A DNA stretch of 64,000 bases from a virus. Of the stretch, positions 38,230 to 48,967 are shown in pieces. Position 1 is the first letter of the stretch. Every line of letters begins with the position of its first letter. The stretch lies in IMG/VR virus record IMGVR_UViG_3300032242_002636, positions 1 through 64,000 of that record; one strand, written 5' to 3'. Made by a program: the position numbers and the translations under genes. A model generated the notes under the pieces. That model saw only the letters and a list, made by a program, of their open reading frames with translations. It was not told where the DNA came from and ran no database searches.

Positions 38230-39951
38230 ATGGCTGAGTTTAATGTTCCATATAAACCAGTTTTTCAGAATCCTATTAGCCCTAATAAAGGACAATCGGA
38301 TACTCCTAGTAATGATTCTACTGCTGGAACAAATATTGATCAAAGATTTATACACCAAATCAGAGATCAGCTTTTCCATATAGAAATATGGATGTATAAT
38401 CAGTTAGATAAATTCGATCCATTTCCTATACCTTTTTTCTTTGTTGAGGGATTATGTATAGAAGAAACATTAATGAATTGGATAACAAAAGGTTGGTTAG
38501 TGTTATCTAATGACTATGAAATTATAGAAAGAGGTTCTTTATCATTTAAAAATGATAAAACTTTTATAGAACAAATAAAAGCACCTTTCATGTTTAGATC
38601 CGATGGTAGAAATAAAATATCAATAAAGATAAAACCAATCAATACATCTAATAATAGTATAAATGATGACTTACCTAAAGAACAGTGGGAAATGCAATAC
38701 GATTTTGTTATCTATGATATAGAAGATCTTCCTACTGAGACAGCTGCTAGAAAACTTAGAAAATTTTATTTTTGGGAAGAAAGATATCAAATATTCTTAG
38801 AAAGAAATATTGAATGGTCTACTGCAAAATATGCAAAAGGATCTTATGATATTGAAAGAACACTTCCTGTAGGAGGTTTACAAGAAACTAGTAATAAAGG
38901 AGAAAATGTACACGGAGCTATTGAATCTATTATAAGAGCAGCTGCTTCTCATACATCAGATCCATTTTTTCCTGATATAAAAATAGGAAGTAAAGAAGGA
39001 CCAAAGGGAATAGACAATCCTTATTTCCCTTTAGATAACTTTGATAAAGAAAATTGGGATGCAGGTTCTCCTGATAGTAGAGTATTTTATACTTCTCCTG
39101 CTAATAGTTGTGTATTAAAAGATTTGAGTTATGTAATGGGTTCATTAAAGGCTTCTGATGGAAGTCCTTTGTTCTTAACACTAGATAGATATTATAGAGA
39201 TGATGGTAAGAAATGGCAATTAATTTCTATGAGTAAATTTTTCATTGATGCAAAAAAGAATCAAGTAGAAAGATTACTAATAGAAGACAATCAAGATCCT
39301 GTAGGTGCTCCTCCATATCATGCCAGAGCACCACAGGAAGAAGAAAGCACTATTAGAAATTTCCAATCAGGAATAGCTTCTAGAATATTAACATATAATT
39401 TTGCACCTATGGCTTCTACGGATGATTTAATCTTTACCAATTGTCCTGTACATACTTTTGATTTTTCTAATTCAACTTTTAATATTGGGTTTGAAGGAAA
39501 TACAGTAAAAGATCTTTTAAAGAATATGAAAGAAATGGCAGATAAGGGACTTTATTCTTATAAAAATGAAAAACAATTGTTAATGAATGTTAATAAGACC
39601 AAGTATACAGGACTCATGACTTCTAATAACATGGTTACAAGGAGATTTTTTCCTAGTGATATTTCATATGTTTCTATGGCAAAAGAATTTTTATTTTTAA
39701 ATCAAGCAGTTAATTTTACTGCTTATGGATTAACATTAAGAACTCCGGGCAAGTTTATTTTTATAGATCGTGCAGTTTCTACATTAGAAAGAAATCCTTT
39801 TGATGATAGATTTTTAGGACAATGGATGATGATAAAAGTAGTTCATTTATTCACAAAGGAAAAATATATGAATGATGTATTAGCAACTAAGATAGATTCA
39901 TATAATAGATGGTTTGCTGAAGTAGATAAAGACGATCCTAAATATTATTAA
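38230..39951 (+). CDS. baseplate hub protein (gp27-like), putative
   Basis: L.IEE.L...G.L, G...R.PG.FI, GQW...V.H.F; position. Confidence 0.55.
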   Translation: MAEFNVPYKPVFQNPISPNKGQSDTPSNDSTAGTNIDQRFIHQIRDQLFHIEIWMYNQLDKFDPFPIPFFFVEGLCIEETLMNWITKGWLVLSNDYEIIERGSLSFKNDKTFIEQIKAPFMFRSDGRNKISIKIKPINTSNNSINDDLPKEQWEMQYDFVIYDIEDLPTETAARKLRKFYFWEERYQIFLERNIEWSTAKYAKGSYDIERTLPVGGLQETSNKGENVHGAIESIIRAAASHTSDPFFPDIKIGSKEGPKGIDNPYFPLDNFDKENWDAGSPDSRVFYTSPANSCVLKDLSYVMGSLKASDGSPLFLTLDRYYRDDGKKWQLISMSKFFIDAKKNQVERLLIEDNQDPVGAPPYHARAPQEEESTIRNFQSGIASRILTYNFAPMASTDDLIFTNCPVHTFDFSNSTFNIGFEGNTVKDLLKNMKEMADKGLYSYKNEKQLLMNVNKTKYTGLMTSNNMVTRRFFPSDISYVSMAKEFLFLNQAVNFTAYGLTLRTPGKFIFIDRAVSTLERNPFDDRFLGQWMMIKVVHLFTKEKYMNDVLATKIDSYNRWFAEVDKDDPKYY

Positions 39952-39952
39952 T

Positions 39953-40264
39953 ATGAATAGAGATTCACTAAGACAAAGTTTACAGAATAATAGAATTCAA
40001 AGATTAGAGTCTTCCAATAAGCCAAATATGCCATCTATATCTACGATGGCATCTAATGCCGCACAAGCAGTTGTTAGAAATGTACAAAGTGTTGCTGCTG
40101 GAAATGATCTAAGACTATCCTCTGATGAGGCAAATGCTCGTCTTTCTGTCTGTAAAGGATGTGAATTTTTTGATAAAAATCAAGAGAGGTGTGGTAAATG
40201 CGGTTGTTTCATGGCACTTAAAACATATCTCAAGGCTGAGAGATGCCCTGTAGGTAAGTGGTAA
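39953..40264 (+). CDS. small Cys-rich protein (DUF6171-like)
   Basis: RL..C..C......C..CGCF...K......CP.GKW. Confidence 0.7.
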   Translation: MNRDSLRQSLQNNRIQRLESSNKPNMPSISTMASNAAQAVVRNVQSVAAGNDLRLSSDEANARLSVCKGCEFFDKNQERCGKCGCFMALKTYLKAERCPVGKW

Positions 40265-40844
40265 CAACCTTTTCTACCTTATCATTGATATAGACACAAT
40301 AATCTGTCATATCTTTAAAATTAGGAATTTCAAAGACAAAATCTGCTTCTTCCTTTAGTAGAATATTGTTTTTTTCTTCGAATTCATTGGCTGGTTTTAT
40401 TCCATTTCGCTCCAAGAATATAAGAATTCCTTTCTTTTCATTTTTTAACCAGTATAATTCATCCTTTTCAAACTCTGCATACCTAATATCTGGAATAATA
40501 GGAACAAAATTCTTTGCAAATTGTTTATTTTTGTTCAATGTTTCAATAAAATAGCGTCCTTCGGTCTGATTCCTCATATAACGTCCATATTCGACCATTA
40601 AAGGGCGTAGAAGCGTCTTTTGTAGGTATTCTGTTGGATCTACCTCAACATCCAATTTCTTTAAAATAAGCTCTTTTAAGTCCTTTCTAATGACATCACC
40701 TGCTATAGAACACCTCTTAGCCTTTATTTTATTCTGACTTTTAAGCTCAAAATACATACTTAAACAAGAACAAAAGGTATCTTTACCTACTAAAGCGGCT
40801 CCAGATATCCCAATTGGTGGATAGTAAATTGGTGTTTTAGGCAT
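40230..40844 (-). CDS. deoxynucleoside monophosphate kinase (gp1-like)
   Basis: GISG....GKDT, R.L...G...R, I.DIRY..E. Confidence 0.75.
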   Translation of the reverse strand: MPKTPIYYPPIGISGAALVGKDTFCSCLSMYFELKSQNKIKAKRCSIAGDVIRKDLKELILKKLDVEVDPTEYLQKTLLRPLMVEYGRYMRNQTEGRYFIETLNKNKQFAKNFVPIIPDIRYAEFEKDELYWLKNEKKGILIFLERNGIKPANEFEEKNNILLKEEADFVFEIPNFKDMTDYCVYINDKVEKVVTTYLQGISQP

Positions 40845-40865
40845 AAGTTATTATAGTAACATATT

Positions 40866-42188
40866 ATGGCAACAAATCAAACAAATTCTGGTGAGTTAAA
40901 AAAACTTGAATTGGCTTGTGGTATAACATTGGATACTACACCTAATTTAAAAGATTTTTATTGCATGGGTGATAGAAATCATTATGCGGCTAATTTAGAT
41001 ATGTTGGTTAATGGTTTTAATTCTATAGGACATCAATGGATTGTAGAAGCAGGAGATCCTTATATAATAACACCGGGTGATACAGGAACATATGTTAACT
41101 TTGTTAAATGGCTTAATGCTAATAAAATTTTAGAAGCATGTCAAAAACTTACACCAGCAGGACAAAGAGGTGAATTGGTTACTGGTGGATTATTAGGTAT
41201 AAATCTGATTTCTACTTCTATGATGACAAGGAATCCTATAACAGGACCAGGTCAAAATACTCACAATTTAACCGTAAATGCTTTAAACAGTATTGATCCA
41301 AATATGGTTACAAAAATAGAAAATGTTTGTAATATAATCCGTACAAGATCATATTTAAGTTTACCTGCTGCTGGATTTGGAAGTTTACAAAGCTTACTTT
41401 ATAAAGCACAAGGAGCAGTTCAAGGGCTTGCTCAATATCTATATAATATATATCATGGAGTTCTTGCAATGATGCAAAAATTTGCAAGAATGATTAATGG
41501 TATTATTCAATCATTAAATCAAATTATTTATGATTATATAAATCAACATATATTACCTTTAGATTTGATATGTGCTATATTAGGTGCTTTTCAATCATTA
41601 GTAGATGATGTTGCATTTTTTGCTCAATTATTTGATGGTGGAGATGCGGTATTTAATGCTATTAATGCTGTTCAAACTGGAATTAACTATGCTGTACAAG
41701 GGTTGAATTATATTGCTAATCCAATTTCTCTTGCTGGTTTAATTCCGGGTATAAATGATGTTTTCACAGCTTTAAATGAATTATCAAGTGATCCTGAAGC
41801 ATTCATGGGTCATTTGATTACTCATTTTAATCTTACTGCTGGTCAAAATAATAAAGCAATACAAATAGCAAATGCTATTTTATTACGTTATGGGTTAGAA
41901 GGACAGCTTGGTCCTTTAGGTCCGTTATTATTAAGTCAAGGTGTTGCAGGAAATAGTAGTGATTGGTATAAAACAGGAAATACTGGAACAGGAAATTTTG
42001 GAAATCTTGCTACTGGAAATGTTACTCCAAATCAAGGTTATTTTGATCCAGATAATCCATTAGAATTCTTAGATGTTAATTCTAATCAATATTTTAATGC
42101 TGCTAAAACTAATTTGGCAGATTTTACAGATAATGCTAAAGCAATACCCGGAGCATTTTCTACATTCATAGCAAATCCTTTAAAGTAA
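40866..42188 (+). CDS. putative structural protein (helical, hydrophobic)
   Basis: 440-aa ORF in the tail cluster. Confidence 0.6.
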   Translation: MATNQTNSGELKKLELACGITLDTTPNLKDFYCMGDRNHYAANLDMLVNGFNSIGHQWIVEAGDPYIITPGDTGTYVNFVKWLNANKILEACQKLTPAGQRGELVTGGLLGINLISTSMMTRNPITGPGQNTHNLTVNALNSIDPNMVTKIENVCNIIRTRSYLSLPAAGFGSLQSLLYKAQGAVQGLAQYLYNIYHGVLAMMQKFARMINGIIQSLNQIIYDYINQHILPLDLICAILGAFQSLVDDVAFFAQLFDGGDAVFNAINAVQTGINYAVQGLNYIANPISLAGLIPGINDVFTALNELSSDPEAFMGHLITHFNLTAGQNNKAIQIANAILLRYGLEGQLGPLGPLLLSQGVAGNSSDWYKTGNTGTGNFGNLATGNVTPNQGYFDPDNPLEFLDVNSNQYFNAAKTNLADFTDNAKAIPGAFSTFIANPLK

Positions 42189-42192
42189 TATT

Positions 42193-43311
42193 ATGGAACC
42201 TGTTTATGGAATACATTTAGGATTAGTAGTTAGTAGTTCAACAGATCCAGAAAATAGAAATAGAGTTCAAGTATGGATTCCTTATCTTACCAATACACTT
42301 TATAAATCATTAAATTCAAAATTAACAGATTTAACATTTAAAGGACCAGAAGATTTAAATTTAAAAGATCCTTTAATTTTACAAACCTTACAAAAAATAC
42401 TACCTTGGGCAGAATATGCTGCTCCTTTACTAGGTGGTTCTAGTGGTGTATTCAATACTTCTACAGGAAAAACAGCAACAAATGCAGGTTCTACTATACA
42501 ACAATATAAGAATCCTGATATAACTTTAACAAATATAACATTTAATTTTAATCATCAAGGAGATAAACTAGCAGACACTAAAATACAAAACGGAGCAGGA
42601 TTTGAAGCAGGTACTGCTTCTCCATTTACTGGTACAGCAGGAGGAATAGGAAATAATTGGGCAGGTTCCTTGCCTAAATTACAAGCAATCTTACCACAAA
42701 ATCAAACATATGACCCTTCTAGCCAAAAAAGAGATAGACAAAACACATCTTCTGGTTTTATATCAGATCATTATGCTGGAAATTCATCTGCATATGCTGT
42801 AGATTTAGGATTGAATTCACAATTCAAAAATAGTACACAAGCTGCAACACAAACTGCAATAGATACTGTAAATAACATTAGAACAGCAAATGGACAAACT
42901 CCTATAACATCTTGGAGTCAAGTTCCTAATGGAGTTTATAATGGAACTACTCCAGATGGATTTAGAGTGCAAGTATTATGGCAAACAAATGTAGGAGGAA
43001 ATCATTTTGATCATGTTCATGTAGGTGTTAAAAATATAGGAAGTGGAAATACAAATTCATATGAAACTACTTCCGTAAAAACTCCCACAGAAAAAAGCTC
43101 TGGACCTAATCCAGTTCCTATAATAGATAGATCTGCTGTTGTAGGATCGGTTCCTACTAATATAGGAACACCAGGATCAGCAGTTGGTTCTTTTTCTACA
43201 CCTAATGCAGGATCAAAAGTTTGGGTATTCTTCTTAGGAGGAGATATTCAGCGTCCAGTATATTTTGCTCAATCACCAAATCCTAGTGATATAGCTGCTT
43301 TGACTTCTTAA
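42193..43311 (+). CDS. gp5-like OB-fold protein with inserted M15-type metallopeptidase domain
   Basis: G.VV...DP....RV.V.IP...LPWA and P..GS.VWVFF..GD...PV.F flank SDHY......AVD...HFDHVH. Confidence 0.7.
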   Translation: MEPVYGIHLGLVVSSSTDPENRNRVQVWIPYLTNTLYKSLNSKLTDLTFKGPEDLNLKDPLILQTLQKILPWAEYAAPLLGGSSGVFNTSTGKTATNAGSTIQQYKNPDITLTNITFNFNHQGDKLADTKIQNGAGFEAGTASPFTGTAGGIGNNWAGSLPKLQAILPQNQTYDPSSQKRDRQNTSSGFISDHYAGNSSAYAVDLGLNSQFKNSTQAATQTAIDTVNNIRTANGQTPITSWSQVPNGVYNGTTPDGFRVQVLWQTNVGGNHFDHVHVGVKNIGSGNTNSYETTSVKTPTEKSSGPNPVPIIDRSAVVGSVPTNIGTPGSAVGSFSTPNAGSKVWVFFLGGDIQRPVYFAQSPNPSDIAALTS

Positions 43312-43332
43312 TAATTAAAATAAATAAAATAT

Positions 43333-45351
43333 ATGCCATTTTCAAACGAAACTAGTACTAATGCTCAAAAATCTACAACTGCTGTACAAGGACCAGAAAG
43401 CGGTGTTCAATTTGTAGAAAACAAATCAGTAGATCCAAACGGATCACAACTTCTTACTGATAGATGTTTTGCAGCCATACAAAACTCTTGGAAATCATTA
43501 GTTAAAATTTTTCAAGGTAATGTTTTTATAAAAGGACATGGTAATGTTAGTATAAATGCTGGACATGATGTTCATGTAACTGCTCAAAATAAACAAGAAA
43601 CTACATATGGTTCCAATAATACATATAATAGAGGTGGTGGAAATACTGTAAAGGGTGAATTAAGCAAAGAACATAGTAAACAAGTAGACGAATATACACA
43701 ACACTTAGAATCCATTGATAAAGCAAAAATGGATGCAATGAAAGCAACAAAAGCAGAAAAAGTTGTATGCGCTAATTGTAATCAAGTTCACTTGGTGGAT
43801 GATAAAAGTGATAATTGGAGTATTATTTTAGATGAAGTAAGAAAAAAGATAGATGGGATGCCGTATCTACAAGGTCCTTTTTCTGTTTTAAGATGGTTGG
43901 TTCAAAAGGTTTATGTAGCATTACATGGCACTAAAAGTAATATAGATCTTAATATGGGAAAAGGGTGCGGACCCGGATGTGATGCTGGACTTAGAGACGG
44001 ATTATCTTTAAAATTTCAAGCTGGTGAGGAGGCTGCTAAGAAAGAAATGGAAAGATTGTCCGAAACAATGAATAAACTTACAGCAAATATGCCTAGTAAT
44101 TCTTCTGGTGCAGAAGTACATGCACTAGGATATGCTTTTGTATTTGGACAACCATCTGTTCCTAAAAATGTTCCATATCAGAATCATGGTGATTATCATC
44201 AATTAGCAATGAATCTTAGAGTTTCTGATGCTCTTAGAAATAAATTAAGAGTAACAACAGAAGGAAATTGCAAAAGAATAGTTTATCACCCACCCGAAAG
44301 TTCACCTTTTGGTAATTTATTAATTAATATACAAAATAATTTTAAAATTACATCAGGTAATAATGGTATGGATTTTATTTCTACTGGAGAAATTGCAATA
44401 AAAGGAGGTTCTGTTCATATTAATGGAAGTCAGGGAGAAGTTTCTTTAACCTCTGGAAATCTTACTACTATTGGTGGTGCAAACGTTTTAATATCTGCTG
44501 ATAATAAATCAGGAGAATCGGGTGTCCATATAGATTCTAAACGCACTTATATAGGAGGTTCATTTAACGTAAACGGAGATTCTGCAATGTTAGGTTCATT
44601 AAGAGTCGATGGTGCTTTATCTGTAGATTATATTAATTGTCCTACTATGGCTGCGCCATCAACTATAAATGGTAATGATAATTTTGTAACTCATCATTCA
44701 AATTGGCAATATGTAGCAGGTGGTCTAAATGGTGCTAATCTTGCTTTAAAATTGGGAACAAAATTTGCATTACAACCTTGGATGTTAATGTTACCAACTG
44801 GTATATTAGAATTGTTTTTAGAACATTACAACATTGCAATGATGTCTCTTCCTATAGAAATTCTTCCTACTGGTGTATTTTGGGGCTATAGTTGGGGAGT
44901 AGGAGTAGGAACCTGTGCTGGTTGGATTTGGAATTATCCACACAATCATACAAGAACACCTGAAGAACATGGACATGAAACACCAGTTCCTAATGGAGGA
45001 TATTGGAGAAAATCATCTGGAGCAGGACAAGCAAATACTGCTGGTAATCCTGCACCTACTCCTATACCAACAAGCGGTACATATCCAAAACCCGGACCTA
45101 GAACGTGGGGAGGTGGTTGTGGTGGTGGTGGTTTATATTCTAAGGTTCGTAATCAAAAATACGGAATCAATAGTGATGATGCATTTAACGGAGGAAATTA
45201 TGTAACAACTACTGTAGTTAGAAATGCGGATGGTTCTATATACCCAACACCTGATTTAACTTATAGATATGTTAAAGACAATGGTTCTAATGCCACTGTA
45301 GATACTAATACAGGTACTGTATCATATCCTCTCACAGGTATTAACTGTTAA
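43333..45351 (+). CDS. gp5-like C-terminal/beta-helix spike protein, putative
   Basis: repeated short beta-strand Gly motifs (GNVSINAG, GEVSL.SG), CxxC, HNH..HGH tip motif. Confidence 0.55.
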   Translation: MPFSNETSTNAQKSTTAVQGPESGVQFVENKSVDPNGSQLLTDRCFAAIQNSWKSLVKIFQGNVFIKGHGNVSINAGHDVHVTAQNKQETTYGSNNTYNRGGGNTVKGELSKEHSKQVDEYTQHLESIDKAKMDAMKATKAEKVVCANCNQVHLVDDKSDNWSIILDEVRKKIDGMPYLQGPFSVLRWLVQKVYVALHGTKSNIDLNMGKGCGPGCDAGLRDGLSLKFQAGEEAAKKEMERLSETMNKLTANMPSNSSGAEVHALGYAFVFGQPSVPKNVPYQNHGDYHQLAMNLRVSDALRNKLRVTTEGNCKRIVYHPPESSPFGNLLINIQNNFKITSGNNGMDFISTGEIAIKGGSVHINGSQGEVSLTSGNLTTIGGANVLISADNKSGESGVHIDSKRTYIGGSFNVNGDSAMLGSLRVDGALSVDYINCPTMAAPSTINGNDNFVTHHSNWQYVAGGLNGANLALKLGTKFALQPWMLMLPTGILELFLEHYNIAMMSLPIEILPTGVFWGYSWGVGVGTCAGWIWNYPHNHTRTPEEHGHETPVPNGGYWRKSSGAGQANTAGNPAPTPIPTSGTYPKPGPRTWGGGCGGGGLYSKVRNQKYGINSDDAFNGGNYVTTTVVRNADGSIYPTPDLTYRYVKDNGSNATVDTNTGTVSYPLTGINC

Positions 45352-46076
45352 GAAGATTGATTGAAAATCATAGGAGTACTTTTTAATAAAGCTAAAAAGT
45401 CTTTAGGCTCATCAGTAGTATCTATGATATTATTATCGTTTACATCACTTTCTGTTAAAGGAATTTGTAAAGAAGATGAAATATAATTCTTTTGATCATA
45501 GAAATATTTAAAATATACATTAGAACTATTTGCTTTTTTTAACTTTATTACAAATTGATTAACAAAAAGCATATCATATAAAATAGCAGTCCATCCATTG
45601 TTTAAATAATTAACATTTAAAAAATTAACAAAAGCATCTGCTTCTGCTATTAATGCATTATTGAAAGATGTTTTAGTAAATTCTTCAACTTCTTTAGGTT
45701 TAATAACTTCAATATTAACTCCGGGTTTACAATTAACAGAAGCCTTTACAATAGGATTTCCATCACTATCACATATATAGTTATTAATAATTTGACAACC
45801 TCCTGCATCTACTACTTCTTGATATGCTAATTGACGAGGAAGAAATGTATCAAACATAGCTTTTGTTGCTACATTTAAAGGATATCTAGGATCTCCTGAT
45901 CCTTTAAAATTATCAGGATCAAATGGATATGTTGGAATATCTATAGGATTATTTCTAACCCATCCATCCCATGAATCATTTCCTGCTGCATTTGCCATAT
46001 CAGATACAAATTGTTTGGCATTAAATTTAAGAGGATCTGCTGTAGCAGAGGGCCAACTTGTTGATAAATTATTCAT
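45348..46076 (-). CDS. hypothetical protein
   Basis: 242-aa ORF. Confidence 0.6.
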   Translation of the reverse strand: MNNLSTSWPSATADPLKFNAKQFVSDMANAAGNDSWDGWVRNNPIDIPTYPFDPDNFKGSGDPRYPLNVATKAMFDTFLPRQLAYQEVVDAGGCQIINNYICDSDGNPIVKASVNCKPGVNIEVIKPKEVEEFTKTSFNNALIAEADAFVNFLNVNYLNNGWTAILYDMLFVNQFVIKLKKANSSNVYFKYFYDQKNYISSSLQIPLTESDVNDNNIIDTTDEPKDFLALLKSTPMIFNQSS

Positions 46077-46080
46077 ATAA

Positions 46081-46484
46081 TTAATTATCCTCCTCGTCTA
46101 TATCTAGGAAGTTTTCATGCTGCTGCTTAAGGAATATTGTCTTAAGAAATTCCATCATAGCATCACGATCTTTGGCATTTTTAAAGTGCTGAATTATGGT
46201 TCTATCTCCTTGTGTACTATATCCAAAAAGAATATAAGCATCCAGATATTCAGTTATAATTGACTTCAGAATATTTAAATCCCTCATGACAATCTTATTG
46301 TCTTGATAATTTTTCTTAAGCCAAATATCTAAAGCCTTTTCTAGCTCTAGGTTATTAAGAGAAGAAAATACCTTTTCCCTAATCTCCCCTAAAGAAGGTT
46401 CTTCTATAGGAGCTTGTAATCCTGTGGAGGATAGAGAAGGGACAGAAGTATTTTTCTTTATTGTTCTTTTTTTAGGCTCCGACA
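46081..46484 (-). CDS. hypothetical protein
   Basis: start reassigned to MSEPKK at 46484. Confidence 0.6.
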
Positions 46485-46795
46485 TAAGTTGAGGCTTTGT
46501 TATTAATGCCAAACTTAACAAGGTATTCAATAACAACCTCAATGGAGCTAGTCTTGATCTTAAAACGATCTGGAATGAACTGTCCTCCGTCATGCAGTTC
46601 GAAGTATTCCTCACCCATTTCATTATGATTATTATAACAAGTGATGATTACCGATGCTACATTAGGATCTACTACTACAGTCCAACTACGAGGATCTGTA
46701 TAAGCATATTCACCGAATAGTTTATCTACTACATAACCGCTGTCACGAAGACGCTTAATAAAGTAGCTGCATGTTGTTATTTTATTCTTTGACAT
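46472..46795 (-). CDS. hypothetical protein
   Basis: 107-aa ORF, TAAATA upstream. Confidence 0.65.
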   Translation of the reverse strand: MSKNKITTCSYFIKRLRDSGYVVDKLFGEYAYTDPRSWTVVVDPNVASVIITCYNNHNEMGEEYFELHDGGQFIPDRFKIKTSSIEVVIEYLVKFGINNKASTYVGA

Positions 46796-46820
46796 ATCGT
46801 TTTTATTTATTGAAATGTTT

Positions 46821-47573
46821 TTATTTTACAAGTGCAGAAACAATATACTTTAATTCAACATCACTATCATCTTTATTCTGAAATACAAATACTTTATACT
46901 GATTATTGATCTTTACCTTTACATCATTGCGACATGTAGCAAGATTCTTGAATACTTCAGTATTAATAGGAAGTGCTTCAGGAATTGGTTGACCATCAAA
47001 TTCTTCAGATATTTTTAAAGTAATATTATCAACATTCTGTAGTGTATGATCATTAATTTCAGCACATATTCTTCCTTCACTGGTATAGAAATAAATCTTA
47101 GTAAGATCGGATGCAAATGCATATCCAGCCATGATTTGTTTGAGTTTTGCAGTTGTTATAGAAAATTCTGTATCAAAGTTTAATTGTGCAATTTTACTGA
47201 TATTAACAGGACATTCCCTAACAACAGTATCATCAACAAGATGATATTTAAAATGAGTATTTTCATTATCAGGAGCTTTATTAAGACACTTGATGTTATT
47301 ATGATTTAATTCTATAGAAAATTCACCATTGTCACCCAAGCATTCAAGACCAGATAAAAGCTTCTTGATACTAATAATGTTCAGTCTGATAGGCTTTTCA
47401 ATCTTAAGAGGAAGTTTAATCCTAGCATATAAGATTACTGTATTATCAGGTGATGAACAGATAGTATAAAGACCTTCTGTATCAGTCTTTAATACACAAC
47501 TCTCTGAGAGTCTGTTTACAGGCTTCAAAAGCTTTTCTAAAAAAACCTTTGGGATAGGGATTAATTCACTCAT
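46821..47573 (-). CDS. DNA polymerase sliding clamp (gp45/PCNA-like)
   Basis: 250 aa, two-domain clamp pattern, C-terminal LKYIVSAL; replication cluster. Confidence 0.7.
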   Translation of the reverse strand: MSELIPIPKVFLEKLLKPVNRLSESCVLKTDTEGLYTICSSPDNTVILYARIKLPLKIEKPIRLNIISIKKLLSGLECLGDNGEFSIELNHNNIKCLNKAPDNENTHFKYHLVDDTVVRECPVNISKIAQLNFDTEFSITTAKLKQIMAGYAFASDLTKIYFYTSEGRICAEINDHTLQNVDNITLKISEEFDGQPIPEALPINTEVFKNLATCRNDVKVKINNQYKVFVFQNKDDSDVELKYIVSALVK

Positions 47574-48027
47574 ATTTGGTTAGTTTGCTATTTTGAAGTA
47601 ATTTTAGCATACCAGCCAATGTTTTGTCGATATTTTTTAGAGAATTTCTGATACTATCCACATCACTGCGACTAATCAATACCTCTCCACTATCCTTTCT
47701 AATCTTTAAAGGAGCCTGTGGGTGCGCTACAGACGCAGGGAGAGGCGTTCCTACTAATGGAGCATGAGCATTGATGGGTTCTGGAATCGACTGCAAAGCC
47801 AATTCATTAACACCTTCATAAGCTTTTCTCACATCAGCAGGAACTTCTGCCTCAAAAGAAGTTTTTTGAATCTGCTGTCCAACAAGAGGAGCAACAAAAT
47901 TCTGCATATTGATTTTGTTTGCACTATTATTAGAACGCTCGACAGTTAATGAATCCACACCGCTTAAGTGTGAACCAACCATTCTGGCAAGCATTGCTGC
48001 TTCAATAACTTCTTCTCTATTCTGCAT
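47566..48027 (-). CDS. hypothetical protein
   Basis: 153-aa ORF. Confidence 0.6.
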   Translation of the reverse strand: MQNREEVIEAAMLARMVGSHLSGVDSLTVERSNNSANKINMQNFVAPLVGQQIQKTSFEAEVPADVRKAYEGVNELALQSIPEPINAHAPLVGTPLPASVAHPQAPLKIRKDSGEVLISRSDVDSIRNSLKNIDKTLAGMLKLLQNSKLTKYE

Positions 48028-48028
48028 T

Positions 48029-48889
48029 TTAGAGATCCTTCAGGATATCTTGGATTCTATCGTCCTGTGCTTGTGCTTCTGTAAGCTCTTCCTTCTCAGA
48101 AGAAACAGAAGATGTCTTGTTGACGATGGGAGCAACGTACTCCTCTTCTTCCTTATAAGAAGTAGGAACAGAAGTCTCAGAAACTTCCTCACCCAAGAAG
48201 TGAACCTTCAGCATCTTGGAGATTTCGTCTCTAGTCTTGTGTTCAAAGACACCATCAAGATCCTTTGCAGATGCATAGATCTCTTCGACATTATCAACAC
48301 CTTCCAGTGCTGAAGGAGACATGAACTTAGAAGCTGTGTAGGTAGGATAACCACCTTCATTCGACTCTACCTTAATACGAAGACTGCATCCCTTCTCAGA
48401 AAGATCAAAGATCTTGGAACCAAACTCTTCAGCATCATCACCATTTATGGCTTCAGAAATAATCTTGAAGAGTTGCTTACCAAAGCGAAGAACCTTGGTC
48501 TGTCCCTGATTATCGGGATTGGTAGGATCTTTAACAACATAAGCGTTGCAAAGCCAACTTTCGTTTCTCTTCAGAGGCTTGATGCGCTCAATCTCACCTT
48601 CATTCTTGGTGTTATAAATCTTGGAACGATACTCATCAATAGGGCATCCCTCTCCATATGTATTAGGACAGAGGACAGAAACCAACTGATTAGTGATGAC
48701 ACTCTTCCAGATATGATGGAAATAGTGGAATAGAGTTCTCTCTGGATTCTCAAGATTTGGAATCAGACGAACTACATATGTATTTCCGATCTCAAGCTTC
48801 ATGAAATCACGATAGCCAGCATTATCGGAGGTTGTCTTCTTGTTAAGAGCCTCTTTAATAGACTCGAATAGGTTGTTTGTATACTTCAT
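48029..48889 (-). CDS. single-stranded DNA-binding protein (gp32-like)
   Basis: VRLIP, H...CP..YGE.CPI, N.YVV.DP.NP.N.G, Y..SKF, acidic tail. Confidence 0.88.
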   Translation of the reverse strand: MKYTNNLFESIKEALNKKTTSDNAGYRDFMKLEIGNTYVVRLIPNLENPERTLFHYFHHIWKSVITNQLVSVLCPNTYGEGCPIDEYRSKIYNTKNEGEIERIKPLKRNESWLCNAYVVKDPTNPDNQGQTKVLRFGKQLFKIISEAINGDDAEEFGSKIFDLSEKGCSLRIKVESNEGGYPTYTASKFMSPSALEGVDNVEEIYASAKDLDGVFEHKTRDEISKMLKVHFLGEEVSETSVPTSYKEEEEYVAPIVNKTSSVSSEKEELTEAQAQDDRIQDILKDL

Positions 48890-48967
48890 AATTTAGTTTT
48901 GTTTGTTTTTGTTTGTTTTTGTTTTCTATGCTTCTAATATAATAGCTCAAACTGACGCAGTTTGCAA
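48890..48967 (-). promoter_or_regulatory. promoter plus unstructured (CAAA)n leader, candidate SSB autogenous operator
   Basis: TTGCAA-17-TATTAT; leader AAAACAAAAACAAACAAAAACAAACAAAACTAAATT-ATG. Confidence 0.6.
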
